DNA of 36,485 nucleotides from Clostridia bacterium (GCA_017480265.1 JAFVAZ010000078.1:1-36485), one strand, 5' to 3'. Positions 9,300 to 19,175 are shown, counted from the stretch's first letter. Notes: generated from the sequence alone by a model not told the origin. Made by a program: numbers and translations.

Positions 9300-9639
9300 G
9301 CTTTCCCTCCATCCAGAATGCATCTTTTATATGGTTTATTGAGGCTACTTTGAGCTCAGCAGAAAAATTTACTTTGTAAATTATCTCGATAATATCAAAC
9401 CTCGGTTGCAAGTCGGTATATTTACACGCTTGTAAATATGCCATCGCTGTTTTTAAAATCTTGCGCTGTTTTATTTTGTCTACGGATTCTACAGGCTTTG
9501 AGATAGTATCAATTCTTCTGGTTTTTACTTCTATAAAGATTATATATTCTTTATCTTTTGCGATTATATCTACCTCCCCGTATTTAGAGTGGTAATTTCT
9601 TTCTAATATCTGCATGCCTTTTTTGGCTAGAAATTTCAT
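9286..9639 (-). CDS. YraN-family (UPF0102) endonuclease-like protein
   Basis: LAKKGMQILERNYHSKYGEVDIIAKDKEYIIFIEVKTRR. The conserved N-terminal GxxGE motif is encoded upstream of the first canonical start (see findings). Confidence 0.8.
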   Translation of the reverse strand: MKFLAKKGMQILERNYHSKYGEVDIIAKDKEYIIFIEVKTRRIDTISKPVESVDKIKQRKILKTAMAYLQACKYTDLQPRFDIIEIIYKVNFSAELKVASINHIKDAFWMEGKLEDF

Positions 9640-9711
9640 CGCTTCATTTTCTCCAAATTGTCCTGTACTGTTCGTAACGGTACTCCTTTCGTATAGTTTT
9701 TATTTATAAAG

Positions 9712-10356
9712 CTAAAATAGCTTCAGCTGGTCGTCGTTTAATATTTTGTGCAAAAAACTCCTTCTATGTATTTTAGTGGGGCCATATTTTTTGATCAGCT
9801 CCACGTGTAGCTTTGTCCCGTATCCTTTGTGCTTTTCAAAAAAATATTCAGGATAAATCTTACTCATCTCAGTCATAAACCTATCTCTCTCCACTTTGGC
9901 CAAGATAGAAGCTGCCGCTATAGATTCCGAAAGTGAGTCGCCCTTAACTATACATTTTGATGCAATATATAATTGGGGCGATTTATTGCCGTCTATCAGG
10001 GCAAAATCCGGCTTGATTTTCAACCCTTCTATAGCCCTCTGCATAGCTAGAAGAGACGCGTTCAGGATATTAATATCATCTATCTCCTTTTCGCTAGCAG
10101 TCGAGATGCAGCAATCTAAACATTCCTCTTTTATAATATCATACAGCTGGTTCCGTTTTTTCTCCGTCAGCTTTTTGGAGTCATTCACCCCATCTATAAT
10201 AATACCTCTGGGCAGAACAACCGCTGCTGCGAATACAGGCCCAGCCAAAGGCCCTCTGCCGGCTTCATCCACTCCGCAGACGCAATGGTAACCATTTTGA
10301 TAGATTTCACTTTCATACAAAAGCCAATTTTTTTCTTCCATTTCACACGTTCCCAT
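9712..10356 (-). CDS. rnhB: ribonuclease HII
   Basis: GVDEAGRGPLAGPVFAAAV motif. The ORF-track start at 10440 would overlap rbgA by 59 nt, so ATG 10356 or 10341 is more plausible. Confidence 0.9.
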   Translation of the reverse strand: MGTCEMEEKNWLLYESEIYQNGYHCVCGVDEAGRGPLAGPVFAAAVVLPRGIIIDGVNDSKKLTEKKRNQLYDIIKEECLDCCISTASEKEIDDINILNASLLAMQRAIEGLKIKPDFALIDGNKSPQLYIASKCIVKGDSLSESIAAASILAKVERDRFMTEMSKIYPEYFFEKHKGYGTKLHVELIKKYGPTKIHRRSFLHKILNDDQLKLF

Positions 10357-10381
10357 ATGTATACTTTCAAGATTTTTATGT

Positions 10382-11275
10382 TTATTGGTTCGGAACATCA
10401 TCCAGAGTAATTTTCCCCAATTTAGCGGATCTAAACTCACCTAAAATAGTCTCTGCTGCACGGGAGATATCCACTTCCCCTCCAGATAAAAGCATCCCTC
10501 GTTTTTTGCCTATTTCCCGCAGTATGTCGTAGCCATCAACATTTTCATAATCCCAAAATGCCTCGGGTAGCTTATACCTTTTTATCAGATTTTGTCGGTA
10601 TTTATCTTTGATAATAATCAAAAACCGCCCAGCCAAACCTTCAATATCAAGTATTTGGTCTTTTATGGCCCCGCAGAATGCCAATTTTTCCGCTACTGCT
10701 CGGTCGTCTATTTTCGGCCACAAAACTCCCGGAGTATCTAGAAGCTCCACATTTTTCCTTAGCAGATACCATTGGGTGCTTTGGGTCACGCCGGGGCGAT
10801 TTTCTACTTTAGTCCTCCTTCCCTTCACAAGGTTATTTATAAACGAAGACTTCCCTACATTGGGTATCCCTACAACCATCATGCGTATGGTTTTATTAAG
10901 GATCCCCCGCCTTTTATTTTTCTCGATCTGATCTTTCAATAATCCTTTAACTAAGTCGATAAAGTTAATTGAACTCTTCCCGATTTTAGAGTTCATAGCA
11001 ATTGCTAAGCAATTTTTTTTATTATAAAAATCGAGCCACTTTTTTGTCTCAATATCGTTTGCAAGGTCACTTTTATTTAAAACGATAATCCTTGGTTTTG
11101 CAGAGAACAAAACATCAAAATCAGGGTTCCGGCTGCTATCCGGGATCCTAGCATCTACCAGCTCAACTACAGCATCTACTAATTTTAAACACTCTTGGAT
11201 CTTTCTTTTTGCCTTAGCCATATGGCCCGGGTACCAGTTGATATCGGCCATTTGTGGTTTTTTATTATTATCCAT
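10382..11275 (-). CDS. rbgA: ribosome biogenesis GTPase A (YlqF)
   Basis: NWYPGHMAKAKRKI, with circularly permuted G motifs NKSDL ... GIPNVGKSSFIN ... DTPG. Confidence 0.9.
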   Translation of the reverse strand: MDNNKKPQMADINWYPGHMAKAKRKIQECLKLVDAVVELVDARIPDSSRNPDFDVLFSAKPRIIVLNKSDLANDIETKKWLDFYNKKNCLAIAMNSKIGKSSINFIDLVKGLLKDQIEKNKRRGILNKTIRMMVVGIPNVGKSSFINNLVKGRRTKVENRPGVTQSTQWYLLRKNVELLDTPGVLWPKIDDRAVAEKLAFCGAIKDQILDIEGLAGRFLIIIKDKYRQNLIKRYKLPEAFWDYENVDGYDILREIGKKRGMLLSGGEVDISRAAETILGEFRSAKLGKITLDDVPNQ

Positions 11276-11291
11276 TATATATACTTCCTAT

Positions 11292-12455
11292 TTATGCGTG
11301 TGCTACCATCTTTCCGTTTATAAATACCATTTCAGGTGAATTTAAAACATCGAAAATATCCCCAGAAAAAACTACTAAATCTGCATCTTTGCCGGACTTT
11401 ATAGAGCCTACCGTATCATCGATTTTACAGATTTTGGCCGGAGCTATAGTAAGGGCCTCCAGAGCTTTTTCTTTTTGCAAACCACCTTTTATCGCCATAG
11501 CTGCACACATGGTCAGATGCTGAATCGGGACTTCAGGATGATCCGTTATAATGCTAAACAAAATATTTTCATCTGCTATATATTTCAAAGCTTTTATATC
11601 TGAATTAACAAGTTCTGGTTTTGACCTAGAGCACAAGTTGGGACCGGACAAGATCTTTGCGGTTTCTTTGGCTAATTCTTCTTTTATCAGATGTGCTTCT
11701 GTAGCATGAACTAAAACGCAATCGATGTCAAACTCTTTAGCAATGCGGATCGCGGTGAAAATATCATCTGCCCTATGTGCATGGAAATGTGCTTGGATTT
11801 TTTTCTCAAAAAGTGGTACCAATGTTTCGTTTTTTATATCGAAGTCCGGCAAAAGTGAAGCATCGCGCTTTTGTTTGGCCTGTAGCTTATTTAAGTAATA
11901 TTTTTTTGCTTTATATAGCTGTTCCCGTATTAATCCGACCGTAGACATTCTGGTCATTGGCATTTGCTCTTTTTCGCTATATACAGATTTAGGATTCTCC
12001 CCCAATGCAAATTTTATCGCGATAGGACTTTTCAGGATCACATCGTCAATCCTTCTGCCATAGGTTTTCATCGCCAAGATTTCTCCACCTATTGGGTTTG
12101 CACTCCCCGGTCCTACCAGCACAGTGGTTATTCCAGATGAATAAGCTTCCCGAAAGCATTCATCCATCGGGTTTACTGCATCTATAGCTCTTAGATGTGG
12201 TGTTATTGGATCATTTTCCTCATTTACATCGTCCCCCTCAAATGTCAAGCCATTTTCAAATATCCCCAAATGCGTGTGTGCGTCTATAAAGCCGGGGCAT
12301 ACGCTCTTCCCTTTTAAGTCTAAAGTATCTTCTAGCTTTTCTTGCAAATTTACCATTTCGTCAACTAAAGCAATCTTGCCTTCTTCTATCCGTATAAACC
12401 CATTATCTATTGTTCTGCCTTCCATTGTATAGATTTTAGCGTTTTTTAGCAGCAT
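11292..12455 (-). CDS. amidohydrolase family protein
   Basis: GFIDAHTHLG metal-binding motif. ATG 12455 follows GAAGAAGGT; the ORF-track start at 12473 is a TTG inside that RBS. Confidence 0.8.
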   Translation of the reverse strand: MLLKNAKIYTMEGRTIDNGFIRIEEGKIALVDEMVNLQEKLEDTLDLKGKSVCPGFIDAHTHLGIFENGLTFEGDDVNEENDPITPHLRAIDAVNPMDECFREAYSSGITTVLVGPGSANPIGGEILAMKTYGRRIDDVILKSPIAIKFALGENPKSVYSEKEQMPMTRMSTVGLIREQLYKAKKYYLNKLQAKQKRDASLLPDFDIKNETLVPLFEKKIQAHFHAHRADDIFTAIRIAKEFDIDCVLVHATEAHLIKEELAKETAKILSGPNLCSRSKPELVNSDIKALKYIADENILFSIITDHPEVPIQHLTMCAAMAIKGGLQKEKALEALTIAPAKICKIDDTVGSIKSGKDADLVVFSGDIFDVLNSPEMVFINGKMVAHA

Positions 12456-12544
12456 AATATTTACCTTCTTCAAAATTAATGAGTTTTTGCTTTTTATTCT
12501 TCAGAATTGTATTCTTGAAAAATTAATTTAAAAAGCAGAGACTT

Positions 12545-12973
12545 TCAGATACCAGCTCTTCTTGAATTTTTCCTAGGAGAACGTTTAAAACTGTCATTTC
12601 TTTTCAAATCAGACATTTTTTCTTCGCTGGCGGCTTTAAACATTGACATCATTTCTTCAAAACTTTTTTTCTTTTCCGGATTATGTGCTTTTTCGAATTT
12701 TATGCCTTTTTTTCTTGATTTTGCTTCGTTTTCCGGATTTTCGTAAAGCCGTTTGATAGATAACTTGATGTCCCCGTTAGTATTTATATTTATAATTTTA
12801 ACTTTGACTTCTTGACCGTATTTTAAGTAATCCTCTATATTCTTTACGTAGTCGGTGGAGATTTCCGATATATGTACCAGACCCTTTTTATTACCCGGTA
12901 AATCAATAAAAGCCCCAAAATTTGTGATTCCGTTAACCTTCCCGTCCAAAACTGTTCCTACTTCAAGCTGCAT
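12545..12973 (-). CDS. S1 domain RNA-binding protein (YabR-like)
   Basis: VGTVLDGKVNGITNFGAFIDLPGNKKGLVHISEIS S1 fold, a basic C-terminal tail, and a divIC-yabR type neighbourhood. Confidence 0.8.
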   Translation of the reverse strand: MQLEVGTVLDGKVNGITNFGAFIDLPGNKKGLVHISEISTDYVKNIEDYLKYGQEVKVKIININTNGDIKLSIKRLYENPENEAKSRKKGIKFEKAHNPEKKKSFEEMMSMFKAASEEKMSDLKRNDSFKRSPRKNSRRAGI

Positions 12974-13001
12974 GATAAAAAATAAGCCTCCTCAAATATA
13001 T

Positions 13002-13307
13002 TTAATTTCCAGCTGCATTTACAAATACTTTTTCGCCTTTTTTAGAAAAATTTAAATTTTCCCTTGCTGCTTTCTCTATGTACTCGTACTTTTTCTCTTC
13101 ATTGTGCTCCAAGTTTTTCCTGAGTTCCTCGTTTTCCATTTCTTGGCTTTGTAGTTTTTTTGATAAATATTCTAGCTTTTGTCTTTTATCATTGATTTGA
13201 ACCTGTTGATTAAAGATCAAAAAAATAAAATAAAACACTACTAAAACCGGGATGCACTTAAAGAAAAAAGGAACCCACCTTATTTTTTTTTTCTTCACCA
13301 ATTTCAT
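13002..13307 (-). CDS. divIC: septum formation initiator (FtsB/DivIC family)
   Basis: Basic N-terminus, one TM helix (WVPFFFKCIPVLVVFYFIFLIF), then a coiled coil. ATG 13307 follows GAAGGA; the ORF-track start at 13337 is TTG. Confidence 0.7.
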   Translation of the reverse strand: MKLVKKKKIRWVPFFFKCIPVLVVFYFIFLIFNQQVQINDKRQKLEYLSKKLQSQEMENEELRKNLEHNEEKKYEYIEKAARENLNFSKKGEKVFVNAAGN

Positions 13308-13342
13308 AGATATATTCCTTCGATTTAAATTGTTCAAAGCTT

Positions 13343-13371
13343 ATTATACATTGATTTAGCAATTTTTTCAA
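13343..13371 (-). promoter_or_regulatory. sigma-A type promoter upstream of divIC
   Basis: The minus strand reads TTGAAA, a 17-nt spacer, then TATAAT. Confidence 0.55.
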
Positions 13372-13441
13372 GCGAGTTTATCATAAAAAAGCACGCTTGA
13401 AAAAAAACAAACGCGCAAAACTTTATTCCATTACGATATAC

Positions 13442-13594
13442 TTAAATGATTGAATTATCTAGATATTCTTGTAGTTCTCTTTCTTCTCTTTTTTTCTTCT
13501 CAAAGTAAACAATAGCTGTAGCGACTGCTGCTGCAATGGTTGCTGCAGTTGCTACTATGGCAATCAATACGCTAAACCTATTACATTTTTTCAT
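13442..13594 (-). CDS. small (50 aa) single-pass membrane peptide, hypothetical; below the ORF-track size cutoff
   Basis: MKKCNRFSVLIAIVATAATIAAAVATAIVYFEKKKREERELQEYLDNSII. RBS GGGGTG precedes the ATG, and it has its own consensus promoter. Confidence 0.45.
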   Translation of the reverse strand: MKKCNRFSVLIAIVATAATIAAAVATAIVYFEKKKREERELQEYLDNSII

Positions 13595-13629
13595 CAAAGC
13601 ACACCCCACATACTATTTTATCAAATTTT

Positions 13630-13658
13630 ATTTTAAGATACATTAAAATAAATGTCAA
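13630..13658 (-). promoter_or_regulatory. sigma-A type promoter upstream of the 50-aa ORF
   Basis: The minus strand reads TTGACA, a 17-nt spacer, then TAAAAT. Confidence 0.5.
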
Positions 13659-13826
13659 GTTAAAGATTAAGCACATCAACTTTCTCCTTTGCATATTCCA
13701 GTAAGAATTATTTCTCTAGTTTAATTATTTGTATTTTTGCTAATATTATTCAAGAAAACAAAAAGGCGCCAAAATATACCAACGCTCAACGGCTACAATA
13801 ATCTACAAACGAACGCAAAGGAAAGA

Positions 13827-14540
13827 TCAATGCCAAATTTCAGGTTTGGCTTTTTTTATTGCTGTGAATGTTTTCTTCTTTAAGTCTGGGTAAATTTTTT
13901 CAAGGTTTAGAATAATTTCCTTTACTTTTTGGCGCTGTGTTGTTTTATTGGCAGGGCAAGAACTTTTGATAACGGGAAGGCCATAAAGTTTGACAAAATT
14001 TCTTATGTGTGTTTCTTCGCATAGGATCAGAGGCCTGATAGCGTATAGGTTTTTTCTAGACAAAAAAGTATTGGGCCTAAAGCAATCGATATTGCCGTTA
14101 TTAAAAAGGTTCATAAAAAAAGTTTCAATAAGATCATCAAAATGGTGCCCAAGCGCCACTTTATTGCACCCTAAATCATTTGCACAATCGTCCAAAATCC
14201 CACGCCTTAGCTTTGAACATAAGCTGCATGGATTTTTTTCTTTGCGGATTTTGAAGATAATTTCGAAAATTGGGAAGCTTTTTATAATATAGGGGATGCT
14301 TTTTTCGGCGCAAAATCGTTCTATTTCCTTGTAATAATCGTTGGGGGAATTGAGATTGGGGTCCAGCGTAATAGCTTGGATCTGGAATTTCTGAGGGTAA
14401 TATCTTTTGATTTCGTTTAGCGCGTATAGCATGAAAATAGAATCTTTCCCCCCGGAAACATAAACGGCAACTTTATCGCCATTTTTTATCATATTATATG
14501 TATCTATGGCGCAGCGGACTTTGCTTATCATTTTTTTCAT
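13827..14540 (-). CDS. PP-loop ATPase, TtcA-family tRNA thiolase-like
   Basis: VAVYVSGGKDS PP-loop and Cys motifs CSLCSKLRRG and SSCPANK. RBS AAGGAG. Confidence 0.82.
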   Translation of the reverse strand: MKKMISKVRCAIDTYNMIKNGDKVAVYVSGGKDSIFMLYALNEIKRYYPQKFQIQAITLDPNLNSPNDYYKEIERFCAEKSIPYIIKSFPIFEIIFKIRKEKNPCSLCSKLRRGILDDCANDLGCNKVALGHHFDDLIETFFMNLFNNGNIDCFRPNTFLSRKNLYAIRPLILCEETHIRNFVKLYGLPVIKSSCPANKTTQRQKVKEIILNLEKIYPDLKKKTFTAIKKAKPEIWH

Positions 14541-14751
14541 TTAGAAGTCTCCTTGAATTCTTAATACATGAATATCTACGATTTAACAAATATCATTTTA
14601 TCATGATTTTTGCAAGAAAAGCTACTAAAACTTAAAATAAATGAAAAATATGGTTATATAAATAAAAGGAATTTATGAGGGATTAGATAAATTTAAAATG
14701 AGTAAATTAGCAAGCGTTTTTATTAAAGAAAAAATTTTTTTATTAAAAGTA

Positions 14752-14779
14752 TTGACAAAATTAAAATTAAGCGTATAAT
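14752..14779 (+). promoter_or_regulatory. dcw cluster promoter
   Basis: TTGACA, a 16-nt spacer, then TATAAT, about 80 nt upstream of mraZ. Confidence 0.6.
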
Positions 14780-14790
14780 AAAGATTAAAT

Positions 14791-14830
14791 GGTGGTGAAA
14801 GGTGGGGCGAAGTAGAATATAGTGGAGAAA
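14791..14830 (+). promoter_or_regulatory. four 10-bp phased GTGG-type direct repeats, candidate MraZ operator
   Basis: Consecutive decamers GGTGGTGAAA / GGTGGGGCGA / AGTAGAATAT / AGTGGAGAAA begin just downstream of the -10. MraZ is known to bind phased GTGG(G)-type repeats in its own promoter region. Confidence 0.6.
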
Positions 14831-14861
14831 AACTACAATCTTTACCCTAAAGGTGACAGGT

Positions 14862-15281
14862 ATGTTAATAGGGGAATACCAACATAACATTGATGCAAAA
14901 GGTCGTGTTGCGGTTCCTACAAAGTTCCGTGATGATCTGGGTATGCGCTTTTACATCACCAAAGGACTAGATGGCTGCTTATTTGTACTGCAACAAAACG
15001 AATGGGAAAAATTAGAAGAAAAAGTTCGTCAATTGCCTATTTCTAAAGCAAGAACAATTCAAAGGTTCTTCTTTTCAGGAGCGGCGGAAGTTCAGCCGGA
15101 TAAGCAAGGCAGGATTTTAATCCCGCAACCTTTGAGGGATCATGCTTCGTTAACTAAAGAAGTGACGTTTATAGGGACATCGAACCGTGTGGAGATCTGG
15201 GATAGCGATAGATGGACAAGTTTCAACTCAGCAATAACGGAAGATAGTATAGAAGAAGCTATGGATTTCCTAGAGCTTTAG
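14862..15281 (+). CDS. mraZ: transcriptional regulator MraZ
   Basis: [23 protein letters not shown] plus a second repeat [16 protein letters not shown] 14862 follows AAGGTGA; the track start at 14853 is GTG. Confidence 0.93.
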   Translation: MLIGEYQHNIDAKGRVAVPTKFRDDLGMRFYITKGLDGCLFVLQQNEWEKLEEKVRQLPISKARTIQRFFFSGAAEVQPDKQGRILIPQPLRDHASLTKEVTFIGTSNRVEIWDSDRWTSFNSAITEDSIEEAMDFLEL

Positions 15282-15367
15282 GCAAAATCGGGCTAGCCTT
15301 AAAGCACCCAGAAATATTAAGAAGAGGTGAAATGATTGTTTTATTTAAAAAGAAGGAGGGAGAAAAT

Positions 15368-16294
15368 TTGGAGTTTTTTCATGAATCAGTATTGTTAGAT
15401 GAATCTATACAGGCTCTGAACATTAATCCGGACGGGATATATGTAGATGGAACGGCGGGAGGGGGAGGGCATTCAGCAGAAATATTAAAAAGGCTCAAAG
15501 CGGGCAAGTTGATATCTATAGACCAGGACCCGGATGCAATCTCATTTTTAAAAGATAAATTAAAAAATTATGAAAATTCTATTGTAGTGCAATCTAATTT
15601 TTCTAATATTAAGCAGATTTTAAAGGATTTATCTATAGAAAAAGTAGATGGAGTATTGCTTGATTTAGGGGTATCGTCGTTTCAGCTGGATAATCCGGAA
15701 AGAGGTTTTTCGTACCATGATGATGCACCACTTGATATGCGGATGAGCAAAAGTGGGCTATCCGCATATGAAGTAGTGAATGATTTAGAAGAGCAAGAGA
15801 TAACGAATATCATCAGATCTTATGGCGAAGAAAAGTTTGCAAAGCAAATATCGAGAAGCATTGTGGAATTTAGAAAAAAAGAAAAGATCTCAACAACGCT
15901 GCAGCTTGCAGAGATAATAAAAAGTGCCCTGCCGGCTAAATCTCTGAGAATGAATAAGCACCCTGCCAAGAGAACCTTCCAAGCGATTAGAATTTATGTA
16001 AATTCGGAGCTAAAAGTTTTAGAAGAAGGGTTAGATGAAATATTTGAAGTTTTGCAGAAAAAAGGACGCCTAGCAGTGATATCGTTTCATTCACTAGAAG
16101 ATAGGATAGTAAAAAACAAGATGGCTTTATGGACAAAAGGATGCACATGTCCAAAAGATTTCCCGGTATGTATATGTGGCAAAAAACCACTAGCAGAATT
16201 TTATAATAAAAAGCCTATAATGCCATCTGAACTTGAAGTTTGGCAGAATAGAAGAAGCAGAAGTGCAAAGCTTAGGGTCTGTACTAAATTATAA
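15368..16294 (+). CDS. rsmH: 16S rRNA (cytosine1402-N4)-methyltransferase
   Basis: [17 protein letters not shown] and [11 protein letters not shown] motifs. TTG 15368 lies 5 nt after AAGGAGGGAG and gives a typical N-terminal length; ATG 15332 is an alternative start. Confidence 0.92.
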   Translation: MEFFHESVLLDESIQALNINPDGIYVDGTAGGGGHSAEILKRLKAGKLISIDQDPDAISFLKDKLKNYENSIVVQSNFSNIKQILKDLSIEKVDGVLLDLGVSSFQLDNPERGFSYHDDAPLDMRMSKSGLSAYEVVNDLEEQEITNIIRSYGEEKFAKQISRSIVEFRKKEKISTTLQLAEIIKSALPAKSLRMNKHPAKRTFQAIRIYVNSELKVLEEGLDEIFEVLQKKGRLAVISFHSLEDRIVKNKMALWTKGCTCPKDFPVCICGKKPLAEFYNKKPIMPSELEVWQNRRSRSAKLRVCTKL

Positions 16295-16317
16295 GGAAGA
16301 AAAAGGAGTAAACAAAA

Positions 16318-16758
16318 ATGTCTTTAAATGATAAGAATCTAGCGTATGATTTATCGATATTTGAAGAGGTTGTACCCAAAAAAAGAAAAAAAGATAATAT
16401 TTTAAATTTACCGCAAAAGAACATAAAAAGAAGAAATATAGCACGGCAAAATCAAGCAAGGGCAACCTTAATTATGGCTTTAGCCGTTACCATTATGGCA
16501 GGTTTGCTGGTTACATTTATGCTGGTTAATAATAATATAAAATTGACGGAGCTTACATATAAGATACAAACGATAGATAAAAAATTGCAAGAAAGTGAAA
16601 GCCTTTGTACTCAGATGAAGGTGAAGAGCGAAGCGAAATTTTCCCTCTCTGAAGTAGAAAAAGTGGCAAAAGAAGAATTAAATATGAGAAAAACAGATAC
16701 ATCTCAAGTAGAGTACATTAATTTATCTAAAGGAGATAAATCTAGGAAGCTGCAGTGA
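16318..16758 (+). CDS. ftsL: cell division protein FtsL
   Basis: 146 aa with one TM helix (LIMALAVTIMAGLLVTFMLV) followed by a coiled coil, in the canonical position between rsmH and the PBP gene. Confidence 0.7.
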   Translation: MSLNDKNLAYDLSIFEEVVPKKRKKDNILNLPQKNIKRRNIARQNQARATLIMALAVTIMAGLLVTFMLVNNNIKLTELTYKIQTIDKKLQESESLCTQMKVKSEAKFSLSEVEKVAKEELNMRKTDTSQVEYINLSKGDKSRKLQ

Positions 16759-16949
16759 TATACTCAATAAATAGGTTATTTAATAAAAATACAATATACG
16801 TCAGATTAAGTCATACTAAAAGTAGTAATATTATTTTAACTTGAGAAATATTTTATTATAAAAGGAATATAGATGATAGTAGAAGAAAAAGAATGGTAAG
16901 AGTTAAGATAAGGTTATCTTGACTCTTGTATTTTAAAGGGGATAAAATC

Positions 16950-19175
16950 ATGTCAAAAGGAACCACTATTAGAATGTGGAGAAGATCACTTTTTGTGTTG
17001 GCAGCGTTAATATTCCTAGGTTTTGGAGTGAGCATCGCAAGGCTAGCTTATTTGCAGCTGGTGCAAGGGAATATGCTAAAGCAAATGGCAACAGAACAGC
17101 AATTGAAAGATACTAAATTGAATCCCAAAAGGGGAACAATTTATGACTGCAATATGAAGCCTTTGGCACAGAGCGCTACCGTATGGACAGTAGTGCTGGA
17201 ACCCAATTACTTGGAAGATGATGAAAGCAAAGAACTGGTAGCCAATGGACTTTCTGAGATATTGGAGTTAGATAAGAGCGAAATCTTAGAAAAAACAGGG
17301 AAAAAGTCATATTATTCGGTATTAAAAAGGAAGATAGACACAGACGTAAAGGATAAAGTGGTAGCCTTTTTAAAGGAGTATAAAATAAAATCTGGAGTAA
17401 GGCTGGTGGAAGACTACAAAAGATACTATCCATATAATGACTTTGCTTCGGCAGCCTTAGGTTTTGTGGGGACAGATAGCCAGGGGCTTTCCGGCGTAGA
17501 GAATTATTATAACGCAGATTTAAAAGGTGAAAGCGGTGTGCTATTAACGGCAAGAAATGCATTAGGCACAGATATGCCGTTTGATTATGAAAAAATGATT
17601 TCAGCAAAAAATGGGAACGATTTAGTCTTATGCATAGATGAAGTCATACAGCACTTTTTAGAAAGAAGCCTAGATGAAGGAATTAAAAATAATTTAGTGC
17701 AAAATAAAGCCGTAGCCATCATGATGGATGTAAACGATGGTAGCATATTGGGGATGGCAGTGAGGGGAGGTTACGACTTAAATAAGCCTTTTGAGCTTTT
17801 GGACGAAGAAGAGCAAAAGAGTATAGATGCATTGCCAGAAGAAGAAAGAAGCAAAGCTAAAGCAGAAGCACTGGAAAAGCAGTGGCGAAATAAAGCAGTG
17901 AGTGATACTTATATGCCAGGGTCAGTCTTTAAAATGATAACCACAGCTATGGGCTTTGAAGAGAATTTAATAAATGAAAATACCAACTTTTTTTGCTCAG
18001 GCAGCATAGTACCATTTAAAGGAGCAAGACCAATAAAATGCCATAAAGCGGGCGGTCATGGGGCCCAGAATTTTGTCAAAGCATTTTGCAATTCTTGCAA
18101 CCCGGCATTTGTAAATTTAGGTCAAATAATAGGCAGCGAAAAATTTTATCAATACTACGATGCATTTGGATTCACCGAAAAAACAGGAATCGATTTGCCA
18201 GGAGAAGCTCAAGGAATATTTTTTAGCAAAGATGGCAGTATGAGTCAAATTGATTTAGCAGTTGCGTCTTTTGGACAAAATTTCAGCATCAGTCCCATAC
18301 AGATGATTACAGCAGCAGCAGCAGTAGCGAATGGCGGATATTTAGTAGTTCCACACATAGCCAAGCAGATCTTAGACTCGAATGGAAACATCGTGAAGAC
18401 CTTTGAAAAGAAAATAAAGCGCCAAGTAATCTCTAAGGAAACATCGAGGAGAATCTGTGAACTTTTGAAGCAAAACGCCATAGACGGCGGAGCCAAAAAT
18501 GGATATGTACCCGGATATAGGATCGGGGGCAAAACGGGGACATCTCAAAAAATAGGACAAAGTGGCCCCAATGGGATGGACTACATATCATCCTTTTGTG
18601 GCATTGTGCCGGCAGAAAATCCCCAGTATGCGGTATTGATATATTACGACACGCCAAAGGGACCAAGCTACTACGGAGCGACTGTTGCCGCGCCTACATT
18701 TGCAAAGGTTATGCAGGACGCACTGCCTTATCTGGGCTTAGAGTGTAAATATACAGAAGAAGAGATGAAAAACTTAGAAGTATCTACTCCATTTGTAGTA
18801 GGGTCTACAGTTAGCCAAGCAAAAAATAAGTTGATCAATTTAGGTTTTAGCCCCACAATCTCCGGCAACGGAGACTCTGTAGTGGCGCAGATACCAGAAG
18901 CTGGTGCAAAAATGCCCAAAGGAGGAAAGATCATTTTGTATACAGAGGGGACCTCCTTAGAAAGTAAAGTAAAAGTCCCTAAGTTTATAGACCTCACGCC
19001 AGCCAAAGTAAATAAAGAAGCTACAGAAGCCGGTCTCAACGTTGTAATAAAGGGAACAATCTTGCAGGGAGGTGTAGCAGTGAAGCAGAGCATTCCTCCT
19101 GGCACGCAGGTAAATAAAGGAACAGTAGTGACAGTTGAATTTGCACAAAAGAATGCAGAGCAAACTTCAGACTGA
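16950..19175 (+). CDS. class B penicillin-binding protein with two C-terminal PASTA domains (PBP2B/SpoVD type)
   Basis: N-terminal TM helix, SVFK (SxxK), SCN (SxN) and KTGT motifs, and two PASTA-like repeats at the C-terminus. ATG 16950 follows AAAGGGGA. Confidence 0.9.
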   Translation: MSKGTTIRMWRRSLFVLAALIFLGFGVSIARLAYLQLVQGNMLKQMATEQQLKDTKLNPKRGTIYDCNMKPLAQSATVWTVVLEPNYLEDDESKELVANGLSEILELDKSEILEKTGKKSYYSVLKRKIDTDVKDKVVAFLKEYKIKSGVRLVEDYKRYYPYNDFASAALGFVGTDSQGLSGVENYYNADLKGESGVLLTARNALGTDMPFDYEKMISAKNGNDLVLCIDEVIQHFLERSLDEGIKNNLVQNKAVAIMMDVNDGSILGMAVRGGYDLNKPFELLDEEEQKSIDALPEEERSKAKAEALEKQWRNKAVSDTYMPGSVFKMITTAMGFEENLINENTNFFCSGSIVPFKGARPIKCHKAGGHGAQNFVKAFCNSCNPAFVNLGQIIGSEKFYQYYDAFGFTEKTGIDLPGEAQGIFFSKDGSMSQIDLAVASFGQNFSISPIQMITAAAAVANGGYLVVPHIAKQILDSNGNIVKTFEKKIKRQVISKETSRRICELLKQNAIDGGAKNGYVPGYRIGGKTGTSQKIGQSGPNGMDYISSFCGIVPAENPQYAVLIYYDTPKGPSYYGATVAAPTFAKVMQDALPYLGLECKYTEEEMKNLEVSTPFVVGSTVSQAKNKLINLGFSPTISGNGDSVVAQIPEAGAKMPKGGKIILYTEGTSLESKVKVPKFIDLTPAKVNKEATEAGLNVVIKGTILQGGVAVKQSIPPGTQVNKGTVVTVEFAQKNAEQTSD

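Noticed and set aside
13581-13676. 31-codon minus-strand ORF (MCLIFNLTFILMYLKIKFDKIVCGVCFDEKM) with an AAAGGAG 7 nt upstream.
   Set aside because: It overlaps the -35/-10 hexamers and the start of the better-supported 50-aa ORF. The translation reflects AT-rich promoter sequence and is probably fortuitous.
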